This document shows positions 10,332-19,700 of a stretch of DNA of 64,000 bases, piece after piece. This DNA comes from Nitrosopumilus sp. Its GTDB lineage: Archaea; Thermoproteota; Nitrososphaeria; Nitrososphaerales; Nitrosopumilaceae. The position numbers and the translations under genes were made by a program. A model generated the notes under the pieces. The model had not been told where the DNA came from and did no database searches. It saw only the letters and a list, made by a program, of their open reading frames with translations. How positions within the stretch are numbered: position 1 is the stretch's first letter; every line of letters starts with the position of its first letter. The stretch covers positions 928,001 to 992,000 of the forward strand of contig OZ241857.1 of the NCBI GenBank assembly GCA_965203315.1, given 5' to 3'.

Positions 10332-11258
10332 TTGTACTTTACAACTAAATTTAATACAGGCACTAAAAAACAATTGTTAAATAAATTAAAAAGGTCTGGA
10401 TATTTCTCAGATATTGAATTTACGGCATCAGGACTAATTCGTATTGAAACAAAAGAGCAAATTATTCCTAGAAGTAAAGATCATACAAAAATAAAAAATA
10501 AAATTAAACAAATTACTGGTTCAGATACTATTGAAGAATCATATGAGATTACTGATGGGGTTGATGAACGAGAATATAAAATTGTTTACGTCTTTGCAGA
10601 TATTGATAGTACATTGACTCATACTGGAACTTCAACAATTAACCATGATGTTGAATCAATAATCAATAAGATAAAGGATCACAACGGAGAATTTTATTTT
10701 TGCAGTGGCCGTTCATCTCAAAATATTGACGAATTGATTAAAAAATATAGAACAGGAGAATATGGTATTGCAGAAAATGGTGGAATAATAGTAGGTATGC
10801 GAGAATCCAAAAGAACTTTTGGAAATCGAAGTGAACCCAAAAAACTGATGAAATATTTGTTAAAGCACACAACTGCCAAAATAGACCCGAATCAAAGCAG
10901 TCGCGTTACAGAGATAGTCATATTAGCTAATTCGATAAAAGAACATGAGCTCGAGGATGCAAGAAAGAAAACAAATGCCAACATTGAATATCACGCAAGT
11001 AAAAACACATATCACATCTCAGAGAAAGGAATCAACAAAGGCACTGCAATAGATTTTCTAGCGAATGAATTACATTTTGATTCGGAATTAGATTATCTTG
11101 TAGCAATAGGTGACAGTGATCTCGATATTCCCATGTTCGAACATGTTGCTAAAGGGTTTTTAGTAGAGCCCAATAAAGATATGAAAAAGAAAGTCAAAAA
11201 AACTAAAAAATGTAGAAGTGGTAGGCGCAGCTCCAAAAGCTTTGAGAGACATGTATGA
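10332..11258 (+). CDS. HAD-superfamily (Cof/phosphoglycolate phosphatase-like, subclass IIB) hydrolase with N-terminal extension
   Basis: FADIDSTLT, CSGRS, IAENGG, GINKGTAI, AIGDSDLDIPMF; probable frameshift near the C-terminus. Confidence 0.85.
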   Translation: MYFTTKFNTGTKKQLLNKLKRSGYFSDIEFTASGLIRIETKEQIIPRSKDHTKIKNKIKQITGSDTIEESYEITDGVDEREYKIVYVFADIDSTLTHTGTSTINHDVESIINKIKDHNGEFYFCSGRSSQNIDELIKKYRTGEYGIAENGGIIVGMRESKRTFGNRSEPKKLMKYLLKHTTAKIDPNQSSRVTEIVILANSIKEHELEDARKKTNANIEYHASKNTYHISEKGINKGTAIDFLANELHFDSELDYLVAIGDSDLDIPMFEHVAKGFLVEPNKDMKKKVKKTKKCRSGRRSSKSFERHV

Positions 11259-11798
11259 CAAATTATTTCCATTTGGATAATTTTAGCTGTTTTATTGATC
11301 AATGTCATTAATCAACGCAAATATGTTACTTGAGTTGTTTTTGGAGAAACTATTCCAAGTTAGCTTCAAATATTTATTAAATTGCAAGCATTCCTATAAT
11401 GTGTAGTGTCTTACTAAAACAGACATTTAGATAAACTGAACTAGGAATCACACAATACTTTTGCACGAATAAGATACCTACAAACCAATAGCCGAGTATA
11501 ACGATTGTTTGGTGAGATGTGACGTAAACTAGTCGTGAGTCAATAATGTAGAGAATGGGTGATTCGATAGACACGTTCATGGCCAGTCATCGATAGTTAT
11601 GGATAACATGCATCTAAAAGGGGTAATGAGACATTATCCTAGGCGTTTATCTAAAAAGATGCAAAAGGTCGTTATATTGAATAGACGAAACATCATGCCG
11701 TATGAAGAGTGAACACTTTTGGTATCTACTTTTGGTATCTACGCCATCGATGTGATAGACAAATAATTATATTTCAAAGACTCGGTAGTTACTTTGGT

Positions 11799-11903
11799 AG
11801 CCCGATAGTCTAGCGGTCAAGTATATTATTAGATCAGTGATTCTGCCCTCTGGATCTCAAGAGTGGATAGGCAGAGACGGCAGTTCGAATCTGCCTCGGG
11901 CTA
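11799..11903 (+). tRNA. tRNA-Gln(CTG) with two introns (11821-11837 and 11855-11869)
   Basis: Acceptor stem AGCCCGA/TCGGGCT, anticodon stem CTGCC/GGCAG with CTG at 11850-11852, T-arm GGCAG-TTCGAAT-CTGCC; both inserts fold as bulge-helix-bulge. Confidence 0.9.
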
Positions 11904-11990
11904 CTGAAACTATCTAGACTCAAAACAGTATGCAAAATAGGTCGTAGTACACTGTTCGAATCTGCCTCGGGCTACTGAAACTATCTAGAC
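11883..11990. repeat. 37-bp perfect direct repeat around a 34-bp unique insert
   Basis: GTTCGAATCTGCCTCGGGCTACTGAAACTATCTAGAC at 11883-11919 and 11954-11990. Confidence 0.95.
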
Positions 11991-12580
11991 GCTTGTGCAA
12001 TACGTTCTAGTTCATTCTTTCTCTTTACAGAAGGAGCATTTGGATCATTTGTACTTGCAAGAATGAGTTGTTCTGCCATGTGCTCCTCGATCGGTTTTGG
12101 ATTAACAAATGTTGCCTCTTTTATTGCATCTGCAATAAACTTGAGAGCAAGGTCTACACGTCGTATTGGTGCGACATCGACAGATACATGGTATACGGTA
12201 CCACCATAGACTATTCTAGTTGTATCTTCGTTTGGTGCAGAATACTCGACAGCTCGAACCAAGACCTCAACAGGATTCTTGCCGGTCTTTATCGATATGA
12301 TATCAAACGCGGTCTTGACAGTATTGAGAGCCTTGGTCTTTTTGCCAGACATGCGACCTGTATTCTTTGCATACTTTTTTCCAAAATGCATGATCTTATT
12401 CACGAGTCGCTCAACGATATTAACTTCAGCTTTGTTGAAACGCTTGAGAGCAGAACGGCCGTACGTATAAGGAAGAATCTGTTGTTTGAGAGATATTGCA
12501 GTCTTGAGACCTGGATCGTGTACATCAATCTTTGACGTATCCCATTTCCTAAACAGTAAAAGATTCTTTGTCTGAGCCAA
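11981..12580 (-). CDS. rps7: 30S ribosomal protein S7
   Basis: LFRKWD, NIVERLVN, VSVDVAPIRRVDLAL, ELERIAQASR. Confidence 0.97.
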   Translation of the reverse strand: MAQTKNLLLFRKWDTSKIDVHDPGLKTAISLKQQILPYTYGRSALKRFNKAEVNIVERLVNKIMHFGKKYAKNTGRMSGKKTKALNTVKTAFDIISIKTGKNPVEVLVRAVEYSAPNEDTTRIVYGGTVYHVSVDVAPIRRVDLALKFIADAIKEATFVNPKPIEEHMAEQLILASTNDPNAPSVKRKNELERIAQASR

Positions 12581-12582
12581 CT

Positions 12583-13020
12583 TTATCTCCTAGGCTTCTC
12601 CTTTTTACCAATCACCAACTCGTGTAGTGATGTACCATTTACTTTGAAGACCTTGAAACGGACGCCAGGTATATCACCCATGGCACCACCTTGTGTTGCC
12701 CCCATTCCTTGAATGTGAACTTCATCGTGTTCATCAATAAAGTTCATTGCACCGTCTCGTGGCAAGAATGCAGTTACAGTCTTGCCGTTCTTTATCAACT
12801 GAACACGAACACACTTGCGCACAGCAGAGTTTGGCTGCTTGGCAGCTATTCCAACCTTTTCTAAGACTATACCACGACCTTGTGGTGCGCCACCTAAAGG
12901 ATCTGCCTTTTTATCTATACCCAGTTCACGACGTTTGTATGTAGATATTGCCCAGCGTCGTCGTTTCTTCTTTGTCGTTAAGACTCTACCTGCAAATAGA
13001 CCTAGAGGAGACTTGCGCAT
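12583..13020 (-). CDS. rps12: 30S ribosomal protein S12
   Basis: [30 protein letters not shown]. Confidence 0.98.
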   Translation of the reverse strand: MRKSPLGLFAGRVLTTKKKRRRWAISTYKRRELGIDKKADPLGGAPQGRGIVLEKVGIAAKQPNSAVRKCVRVQLIKNGKTVTAFLPRDGAMNFIDEHDEVHIQGMGATQGGAMGDIPGVRFKVFKVNGTSLHELVIGKKEKPRR

Positions 13021-13023
13021 ATC

Positions 13024-13488
13024 TTACAACTCCAACGTAGGTCGTTCGGGGCTATTAATCATTACATAAGAGATATCAAAATATCGCTTTGCAAACAATC
13101 TCGCCTTCTCGGCATTCTTGCCATCACGACCAACAACTATACCTTTCTTTCTAGGGTCCACCATAACTATTGCCTGTTTTGAACCATCGCCTCGTTTATT
13201 TATTTTTACGTCTGTGATGTACTTGGAGTTGAGGATTGTCTTTAGAAACTTGGCAGGATCCTCATCAAACTCGACTAGTTCGATTTTACGTTTGATTGTA
13301 TTTTGTAGTGATTTGATGGTGGTGCCACCTTTACCTATTGCCATCCCCATCTTGCCTGAATTAACTACAAAGATCACTCTCTCTTGTTTCTCATCTACGA
13401 TACAGTCACGTGCCATAGTACCAACCACATTTTGAAATAGAGACATTAACCGTACTTGATCAGAGTCCAGCTTTATAGATTGTGTCAT
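13024..13488 (-). CDS. nusA: Archaeal NusA-like transcription factor (two KH domains)
   Basis: GMAIGKGG and GIVVGRDG KH motifs; conserved position between rpl30e and rps12. Confidence 0.93.
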   Translation of the reverse strand: MTQSIKLDSDQVRLMSLFQNVVGTMARDCIVDEKQERVIFVVNSGKMGMAIGKGGTTIKSLQNTIKRKIELVEFDEDPAKFLKTILNSKYITDVKINKRGDGSKQAIVMVDPRKKGIVVGRDGKNAEKARLFAKRYFDISYVMINSPERPTLEL

Positions 13489-13537
13489 CAGATCGCCTTT
13501 TCGTCTCCATTTGTATATATCTCATTTAAACTAAAGA

Positions 13538-13855
13538 TCATCTCTTTTCAGTATCCATGTCCTTGAGAATCGATTGTATGTTAGAGTTTGGAATCGATGT
13601 GAATGAGAGTGTAGAGATTCTAAATTGTAAGCCACATAGCCGACCTAGAGCTACTGAAGTTCCCGGAAACTTTACCAACGGTACATCTTTGTCTTTTGCA
13701 CTAGTTTCAATCTTTTCAGACATGCTCTGCTCAATTGATCTAGACAGAACAATCAGGCTGGAATTATTTGACGAGTTGGAGACTTGTCTAGCACCAAAGA
13801 TTAGCCTATCCTCTTTTACAGCATCCTTTAGAGCCTTTTCAAGTATCTTACTCAT
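13538..13855 (-). CDS. rpl30e: 50S ribosomal protein L30e (L7Ae/L30e family)
   Basis: FPGTSVALGRLCGLQFRIS motif; operon context. Confidence 0.88.
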   Translation of the reverse strand: MSKILEKALKDAVKEDRLIFGARQVSNSSNNSSLIVLSRSIEQSMSEKIETSAKDKDVPLVKFPGTSVALGRLCGLQFRISTLSFTSIPNSNIQSILKDMDTEKR

Positions 13856-13941
13856 GTATGATCTCGATCCTCAGTATAGGGCTTTATAGGTTTATGTAAA
13901 AACACCATCTACGAGATATGTACAAATGTACCGAGTGTACC

Positions 13942-15093
13942 TTACCTTACATCGAGTACAGTAGAGATAGTTGATGCAATTGCAGTCGGTTTATCAAGAG
14001 AACGCCACACAAACGAGTCCACAGTGTATGATCCGGGTCTATCGGGTAGCCATGAGTGAGATACAGTGAGGGTCTGTTTGGGAGAGAATGTACCGGTTAT
14101 CCATCCAAGCGATACAACGGTATCATTGCGACTGATCTGAATCAGATGCACAAAGTCTTGTGGACGATCTATAGTGTTGCGTACACTGCCTACAATCATA
14201 GTCTGTAAACCAGATGTAACATTATCGTCAACGACTACAGCCAAGTTCTCGATAGGCATGTTCACAATACCATAATGAGACGATACCTTGATCGACAGAA
14301 CGTCAGACTTGCTATATGGTTCTGGTACAGTATAGTCATCATATTGGACGGTGATCTCGTCGCCGGGTACAACATACAATGTATTGTATTCAGACGAGTC
14401 TGATATCGGAATATCACCTACAAAAACTCCAGAACTTGGTGCAGTCTCAACTATATGTAGAGATACACCAGATGGATCAGAGTCAGAGTATATAGATATC
14501 TCGACTTGGTCAAGCGTCTCTGGATCGATATTCATATCTGGATCGATCACACGAACTGTATTATCGTCTAGATGTACTTGTCCGATATTCCATGATATCA
14601 TAAATGACTCTGAGAGAATTACACCATCAGCAAACTCGAATGAGATGGTCACTGCAGAGTCACGATCAACTTGCAACAATCCATCGTTTGGTCCACTACC
14701 AAAAGTTCTAGGCGTGATATCAGGTGTACGATCACCATCGATGTCATGTGCGAATCCGCTAAGGATTATAGATCCTGTAAACACGCCACTGTTTGGATGA
14801 GTCTCGACAAGACGGTACTCGTCTAGAGAGTCTCGAGATGTAGATATTCTGATAGAATACTCTGGATCCCCTCCGATCGAGTCTATACCAAGCCTGTTTT
14901 CATTCCAACTAGGTGCAATGATCTTGAGATGAACCTTTTCTGTCCACGTGTATACACTCTTGTCTGTGATGATTGGTGCGTATGGATTATAATAGTCTGG
15001 AATCGATTGACCGTATCCGATCGGCATAACAGTCAAGACTAGTCCAAAGATCACTCCGCATGTAATACCAAATGCGACATGCAAACTAGACAT
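13942..15093 (-). CDS. Secreted S-layer-like/Ig-domain protein
   Basis: Signal peptide; repeated L.ET.P.SGVF.G and V.DPD.N.D motifs also seen in 38835-41948. Confidence 0.7.
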   Translation of the reverse strand: MSSLHVAFGITCGVIFGLVLTVMPIGYGQSIPDYYNPYAPIITDKSVYTWTEKVHLKIIAPSWNENRLGIDSIGGDPEYSIRISTSRDSLDEYRLVETHPNSGVFTGSIILSGFAHDIDGDRTPDITPRTFGSGPNDGLLQVDRDSAVTISFEFADGVILSESFMISWNIGQVHLDDNTVRVIDPDMNIDPETLDQVEISIYSDSDPSGVSLHIVETAPSSGVFVGDIPISDSSEYNTLYVVPGDEITVQYDDYTVPEPYSKSDVLSIKVSSHYGIVNMPIENLAVVVDDNVTSGLQTMIVGSVRNTIDRPQDFVHLIQISRNDTVVSLGWITGTFSPKQTLTVSHSWLPDRPGSYTVDSFVWRSLDKPTAIASTISTVLDVR

Positions 15094-15105
15094 GTGTACA
15101 TGTAT

Positions 15106-15342
15106 TCAAGATGTAGATTTAACATTTGGTAGTGATAGTGCTAAAATGTTGTCACCACGCAGCAGAATATTATTAAGAGATATAGGCTCGTCGCCAGTTA
15201 TATCTTGGGCATCATCTAGCGTCAGATTCATGTGTATATCAAACTCTCTCAAGATACCTTGAATGGTCGTGTTGTTACGTAGCCGTAAAAGAACAACCTT
15301 GTTCTTGCTTGCCTTCATTACGGTTGGAATATCATTTACCAT
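15106..15342 (-). CDS. Sm-like (LSm) RNA-binding protein
   Basis: GILREFDIHMNLTLDDA (Sm1) and ILLRGDNI (Sm2). Confidence 0.92.
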   Translation of the reverse strand: MVNDIPTVMKASKNKVVLLRLRNNTTIQGILREFDIHMNLTLDDAQDITGDEPISLNNILLRGDNILALSLPNVKSTS

Positions 15343-15683
15343 ATCTATCTCTGTTTACATTATGACTATTTAGATATTGTCAAGAGAGGTTTTATGTAAT
15401 CTAGGATGGAGATAAGATATGAAAGATCTAAACTAGATTAACAAAAACAAAGTTCTTGTAGATACTGGTATTTTGAACGATGATTTTCTATTGTTGTACC
15501 ATCGATCAGAATCAGAATATTCCGAGTCTTACAACCTCACACCCTCGTGTCTTTTGGTACAGTTGCTAGAGTCCACCAGCGAGATTGGTGCCATCAGACA
15601 TCGCAAATGTTCGTGTAAATTTTGGCGTCGAGTACAATCGACTCAAGCGGGGGCTCGGGAGGGATCTCAGTTAATGTTTGTGC

Positions 15684-15790
15684 GGATCTCTACAATTTAC
15701 ATGGGATCGCATTTCGCAAGACTTGTCCTAAAATGCCAAGTCTTGTACTTTTTCTGTAAAAATTCTATCCCACATAAATCGTACAGATCC
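15684..15790 (+). mobile_element. MITE, GGATC-ended family, copy 1
   Basis: Imperfect TIRs GGATCTCTACAATTTAC...ATAAATCGTACAGATCC; body similar to 44185 and 52415 copies. Confidence 0.75.
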
Positions 15791-15874
15791 AAAAATCATG
15801 CCTGCCTGTTATGACAACCTGATATCATACTGTAAGAGATACGAATGAGCTTTTCTAATGTTTGATGGTAATGG

Positions 15875-16375
15875 TTATTCATCATATCGTGAGAATATGG
15901 TTGTGCAGCCCTTTAAAGAATCTGAGTCTAAAAAGAGTTCTGACTCATGATACACTGCTGCTTCTATAATTAAATTCTTAAAATCAAGATCGTTTTCAAT
16001 TATACCATATATGGTATCAGTTGCGTATTTGTCGTCATCGTGATCATGTACAACAACCAGGTTCATGTAAGTAGAAGCCGAGTTGTTTTCATAATACGCA
16101 TATTTTATCATATCAACATTTTGAAATGATTCCACAATCGCATCTATCACTTGTTGAGAGAATTTTCTGCGGACAGGCTTTTTATTCGCCTTCATATTTT
16201 CTGTAACTATATCTCTAATGTCAGACATTAGATAATTCATGATAGATTTTATCTCTTTTTTATCTACATCATTTATGTAGTATTTTAATACCTTGACTAT
16301 ACTCTTCTCTATCTGCTTTAACGTCTTGTTTAACGCTTGCTGGTTTATTTTGTTTGGATCATATGGTTTTTTCAT
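15875..16375 (-). CDS. Lineage-specific hypothetical protein (paralog of 31233-31720); C-terminal half weakly MNT-like
   Basis: 166-aa AT-rich ORF with a second, disrupted copy in the window. Confidence 0.7.
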   Translation of the reverse strand: MKKPYDPNKINQQALNKTLKQIEKSIVKVLKYYINDVDKKEIKSIMNYLMSDIRDIVTENMKANKKPVRRKFSQQVIDAIVESFQNVDMIKYAYYENNSASTYMNLVVVHDHDDDKYATDTIYGIIENDLDFKNLIIEAAVYHESELFLDSDSLKGCTTIFSRYDE

Positions 16376-16509
16376 TGTGTTTTGTTTGATTTTACAGTAT
16401 ATAGTCTAGACGGCAATGTTTGTTATCTTGATAGGAGGCATAGTCAGGGGCAAACAAGCTTACGCTAGCCTCAATGACTTATCATGCTCAATATTTTACC
16501 ACTCTCATA

Positions 16510-16622
16510 GGATCTCTACGGTTTACGTGAGAGAGTGGTTACAAAAACACTACAAGATTCTATAAGAGAAGATTAGGAAAAAAGTCTTGTGAAATGTCAT
16601 CATACATAAATCGAAGAGATCT
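16510..16622 (-). mobile_element. MITE, GGATC-ended family, copy 2
   Basis: GGATCTCTACGGTTTAC...ATAAATCGAAGAGATCT; shares ACACTACAAGATTCTATAAGAGAA with the 26013 copy. Confidence 0.75.
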
Positions 16623-16767
16623 TGGGGCAGAACTGTCTGGTGAATAGATACAATCACACTTGTCTCATATACGCATATTTCAAACTATTGATCTATCAAA
16701 TTCGTCGACTAGTCATTCAAACAATATCAAAACATAATGATTAACGCAGTATATCTCTTGGTATGAT

Positions 16768-19700
16768 CTAGTGCTTTGAGACTTGCATGTATAGATCAAC
16801 TGTTCCGCTGCCTATAGGAATATTGCTACCAACTATGACATTCTCTGTTATACCTTTGAGTTCTTCTGTCTCACCACCAAGTGCTGCGTGTGCGATGGTG
16901 GGAACGGTAATCTCAAACGCAGCTCTTGCAAGAACACTGTCCTTTTTACCTGCGATACCGTGTCTACCTATCTGCATCAGTGAACCACGAGAACACATCA
17001 GATCAGCTACCAACATGATATAACGATTATCGACCTCGAGACCTTGGTCTCGGAGTATGGTGTTTAGTTCACTGATCAATGCATTGCGTGCTGCCTCGAT
17101 CCCAAGGGTATCTACAATCTCAGAGACGTTGTTTGTGATGACTCTTTTACGATCGACTCCATCTACTTTTAATGCATGTTTAACGTTTGAACCCGTAGTC
17201 TGTATAACCCACTCTTGATTTCGTTTAACTAGAGCTATACGCTCGACTTCAGAGACTCCCTTTACTATGGTCTTCTTGACCTTGTTTCGTAATGTAATGA
17301 CAGTCTGTGGATCATACTCTTCGACGAATTCCAGCGTTAACAAGTTGTCCAAAATATTGATCTTGAACTTTTTGTTTGATGCAAGAGCAGCTTCGATATC
17401 GGCCATGGTACAACTCCTCTGATCTAGGTGTCTCTTATCAAAGGCCATCTTTATGTTTGTAGAGTCTGTTGTGATGTGGGGTTTTAGATCACTGATCTTT
17501 GTCTGTAAGATATTCTTGGCAACATTTATGGCGTCTTCACGAGAGTCTTTGATCTCGTCCTTGAGATGTATATCCATAGTAGGTGTTACCGGCTTTTTGC
17601 GTGCATCGACTAGTTCGATCAGTCTAGGCAGTCCAAGCGTTACGTTCCTCTCTTTGATTCCAGCAAAGTGAAAAGTCCTTAGAGTCATCTGTGTACCAGG
17701 CTCACCGAGAGACTGAGCAGTGACTATTCCAACTGCTTGTCCTGGCTCAACCTTGGCCTTGTTGTACAATAATAGTCCCTTCTTACATACAGCACTCACT
17801 CCATCACGGCTCAGTTTAGATTTAGCTAGCGCATTACGTACAGTCTCTGCGAGTTTGGGGTTGAACGTCTTTGTGTATTTTTTGACCAGAGACTCGATCT
17901 CTTCTTTGGTAGCTAGATCACCAGAATCGATGAGTTTTTGAGACTCTATGAGCCGATGAATGTTGAATGCCTCACCATGATCGCTCTTGGCTACATCGAT
18001 TCCGTCTTCACCATAGAGGAACTGAATTATATGACCGTGCGGATCACGAACCGTTCCATCATACTCTAGTCGAATATGCTCTAGCGCGTTGATCAGACGA
18101 CGCTGCATGTATCCACTCTGCTGTGTACGGACTGCAGTATCTACTAGACCTTCACGTCCGCCCATGGCATGAAAGAAGAACTCGATGGTAGAGAGACCTT
18201 CACGATAGTTTGATTTTACAAATCCATGTGCGTCTGGACTGTTGTCTTTTTCTTTAAAGTGTGACAAGACACGGTTATGGAATCCTTCATTGAGCCTATC
18301 TCCTCTACGAGACTGTTGACCGAGTGCACCTGCCATCTGACCTACATTCAACGAAGAGCCACGAGCTCCAGTGGTGGCCATGATCTTGCCAGCGTTGTTG
18401 TCGTCAAGAGAGTCGTTTGCAGTAGAGCCTGCCTTGTCTCTTGCCATACCAAGCTCTTTGAGGATATCTGCCTCTAGTGTCTCTCTTGGGCTCATTCCTG
18501 GTTTAGCTTGTAGTGTTCCGTTGTCATACTCGCGTATGAAACCAGATACGGTATCATAGGTATCTTTGATATCGTCGAGTATCTTTTGCTTGTCCTTGTC
18601 TGGAACTTCTAGATCACCATATCCATAACTGAATCCATAGTGCGTGATGAACTGCTTTACGATGATCAGTATAGAGTTTAGGAACTTTTTACCCGTCTCG
18701 TTTCCATAGTCTTTAGTAATACGGTGTAGTACACTCTCTGGCTCTTCAGCGCCTATCGATGTCTTGTCTATTACTCCACTGATCAGTTCACCGTTCTTGA
18801 TGACTACATCGTTCTGAGCTCCGCCTGTTCCTTTGGACCACTTTGACGTTATGGTATAGTTAAAGTCCTTGGGAAGAAATAGTGAAAAGAGTTGTTTGCC
18901 TGTATATGCAGGTCCGTCTTTGTTCTTGGTTGCAGGAGATGGAAGTGTGCCCGTATATCCACCAAGCATGGCAAGGTTTGAAAACTCTAGTTTCGAGAGC
19001 ACTGTACCGTCTTTGGTTAATAGATATGCACCGGTTACAAAGTCACGTAGTGCGCCGATTATGGGACCACCGTATCTAGGTGATATTAGTTGGTCTTGGA
19101 CACGCATCAATAGAATGGCTTCGGCACGAGCCTCTTCTGATTGTGGCACATGTAGATTCATCTCATCGCCATCAAAGTCTGCATTATACGGAGGGCATAC
19201 AGATGGATGTAGTCTAAATGTCTTGCCAGGCAGCACCTTGACATAGTGTGCCATGATAGACATCTGGTGTAGTGATGGTTGACGATTAAACATGACGATA
19301 TCACCGTCTGCTAAGTGCCTCTCTACGTGATATCCGATCTCGAGTGTCTCTGCAATTACAGAGCGATCCTCAACAAAGTCTAGTCGGATCTTGACACCAT
19401 CGGGTCGTACTATATAGTTGACTCCTGGAAATGTGTGTGGTCCATTTATGACAAACTCTCGCATACGTTTGATGTTCCACTCGGTGACGATCTCTGGGAT
19501 CGTGAGCTTCATGGCGACGGTCTCAGGTACACCAACCTCTGAGAGATCTAGATTTGGGTCAGGAGATATCACAGTTCTGCTAGAAAAGTCGACACGCTTG
19601 CCAGATAGCGATCCACGAAATCGACCCTCCTTTCCTTTGAGTCTCTGAGTAAGAGTCTTGAGAGGTCTACCAGAGCGGTGATGTGCTTGAGGAATACCAG

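Noticed and set aside
11530-11712. Possible TnpB/IS630 remnant (SIVMDNMHLKG...)
   Set aside because: Too short and interrupted by stops to assign.
11883-11990. Annotation as a bona fide CRISPR array
   Set aside because: Only two repeats, the repeat is native tRNA/rps7 sequence, and there is no leader or cas gene nearby; kept as a repeat and as a hypothesis.
15419-15814. 113-aa plus-strand ORF and upstream KVLVDTGIL (PIN-like start after an in-frame stop)
   Set aside because: The ORF runs through a MITE and only one short motif supports a pseudogene.
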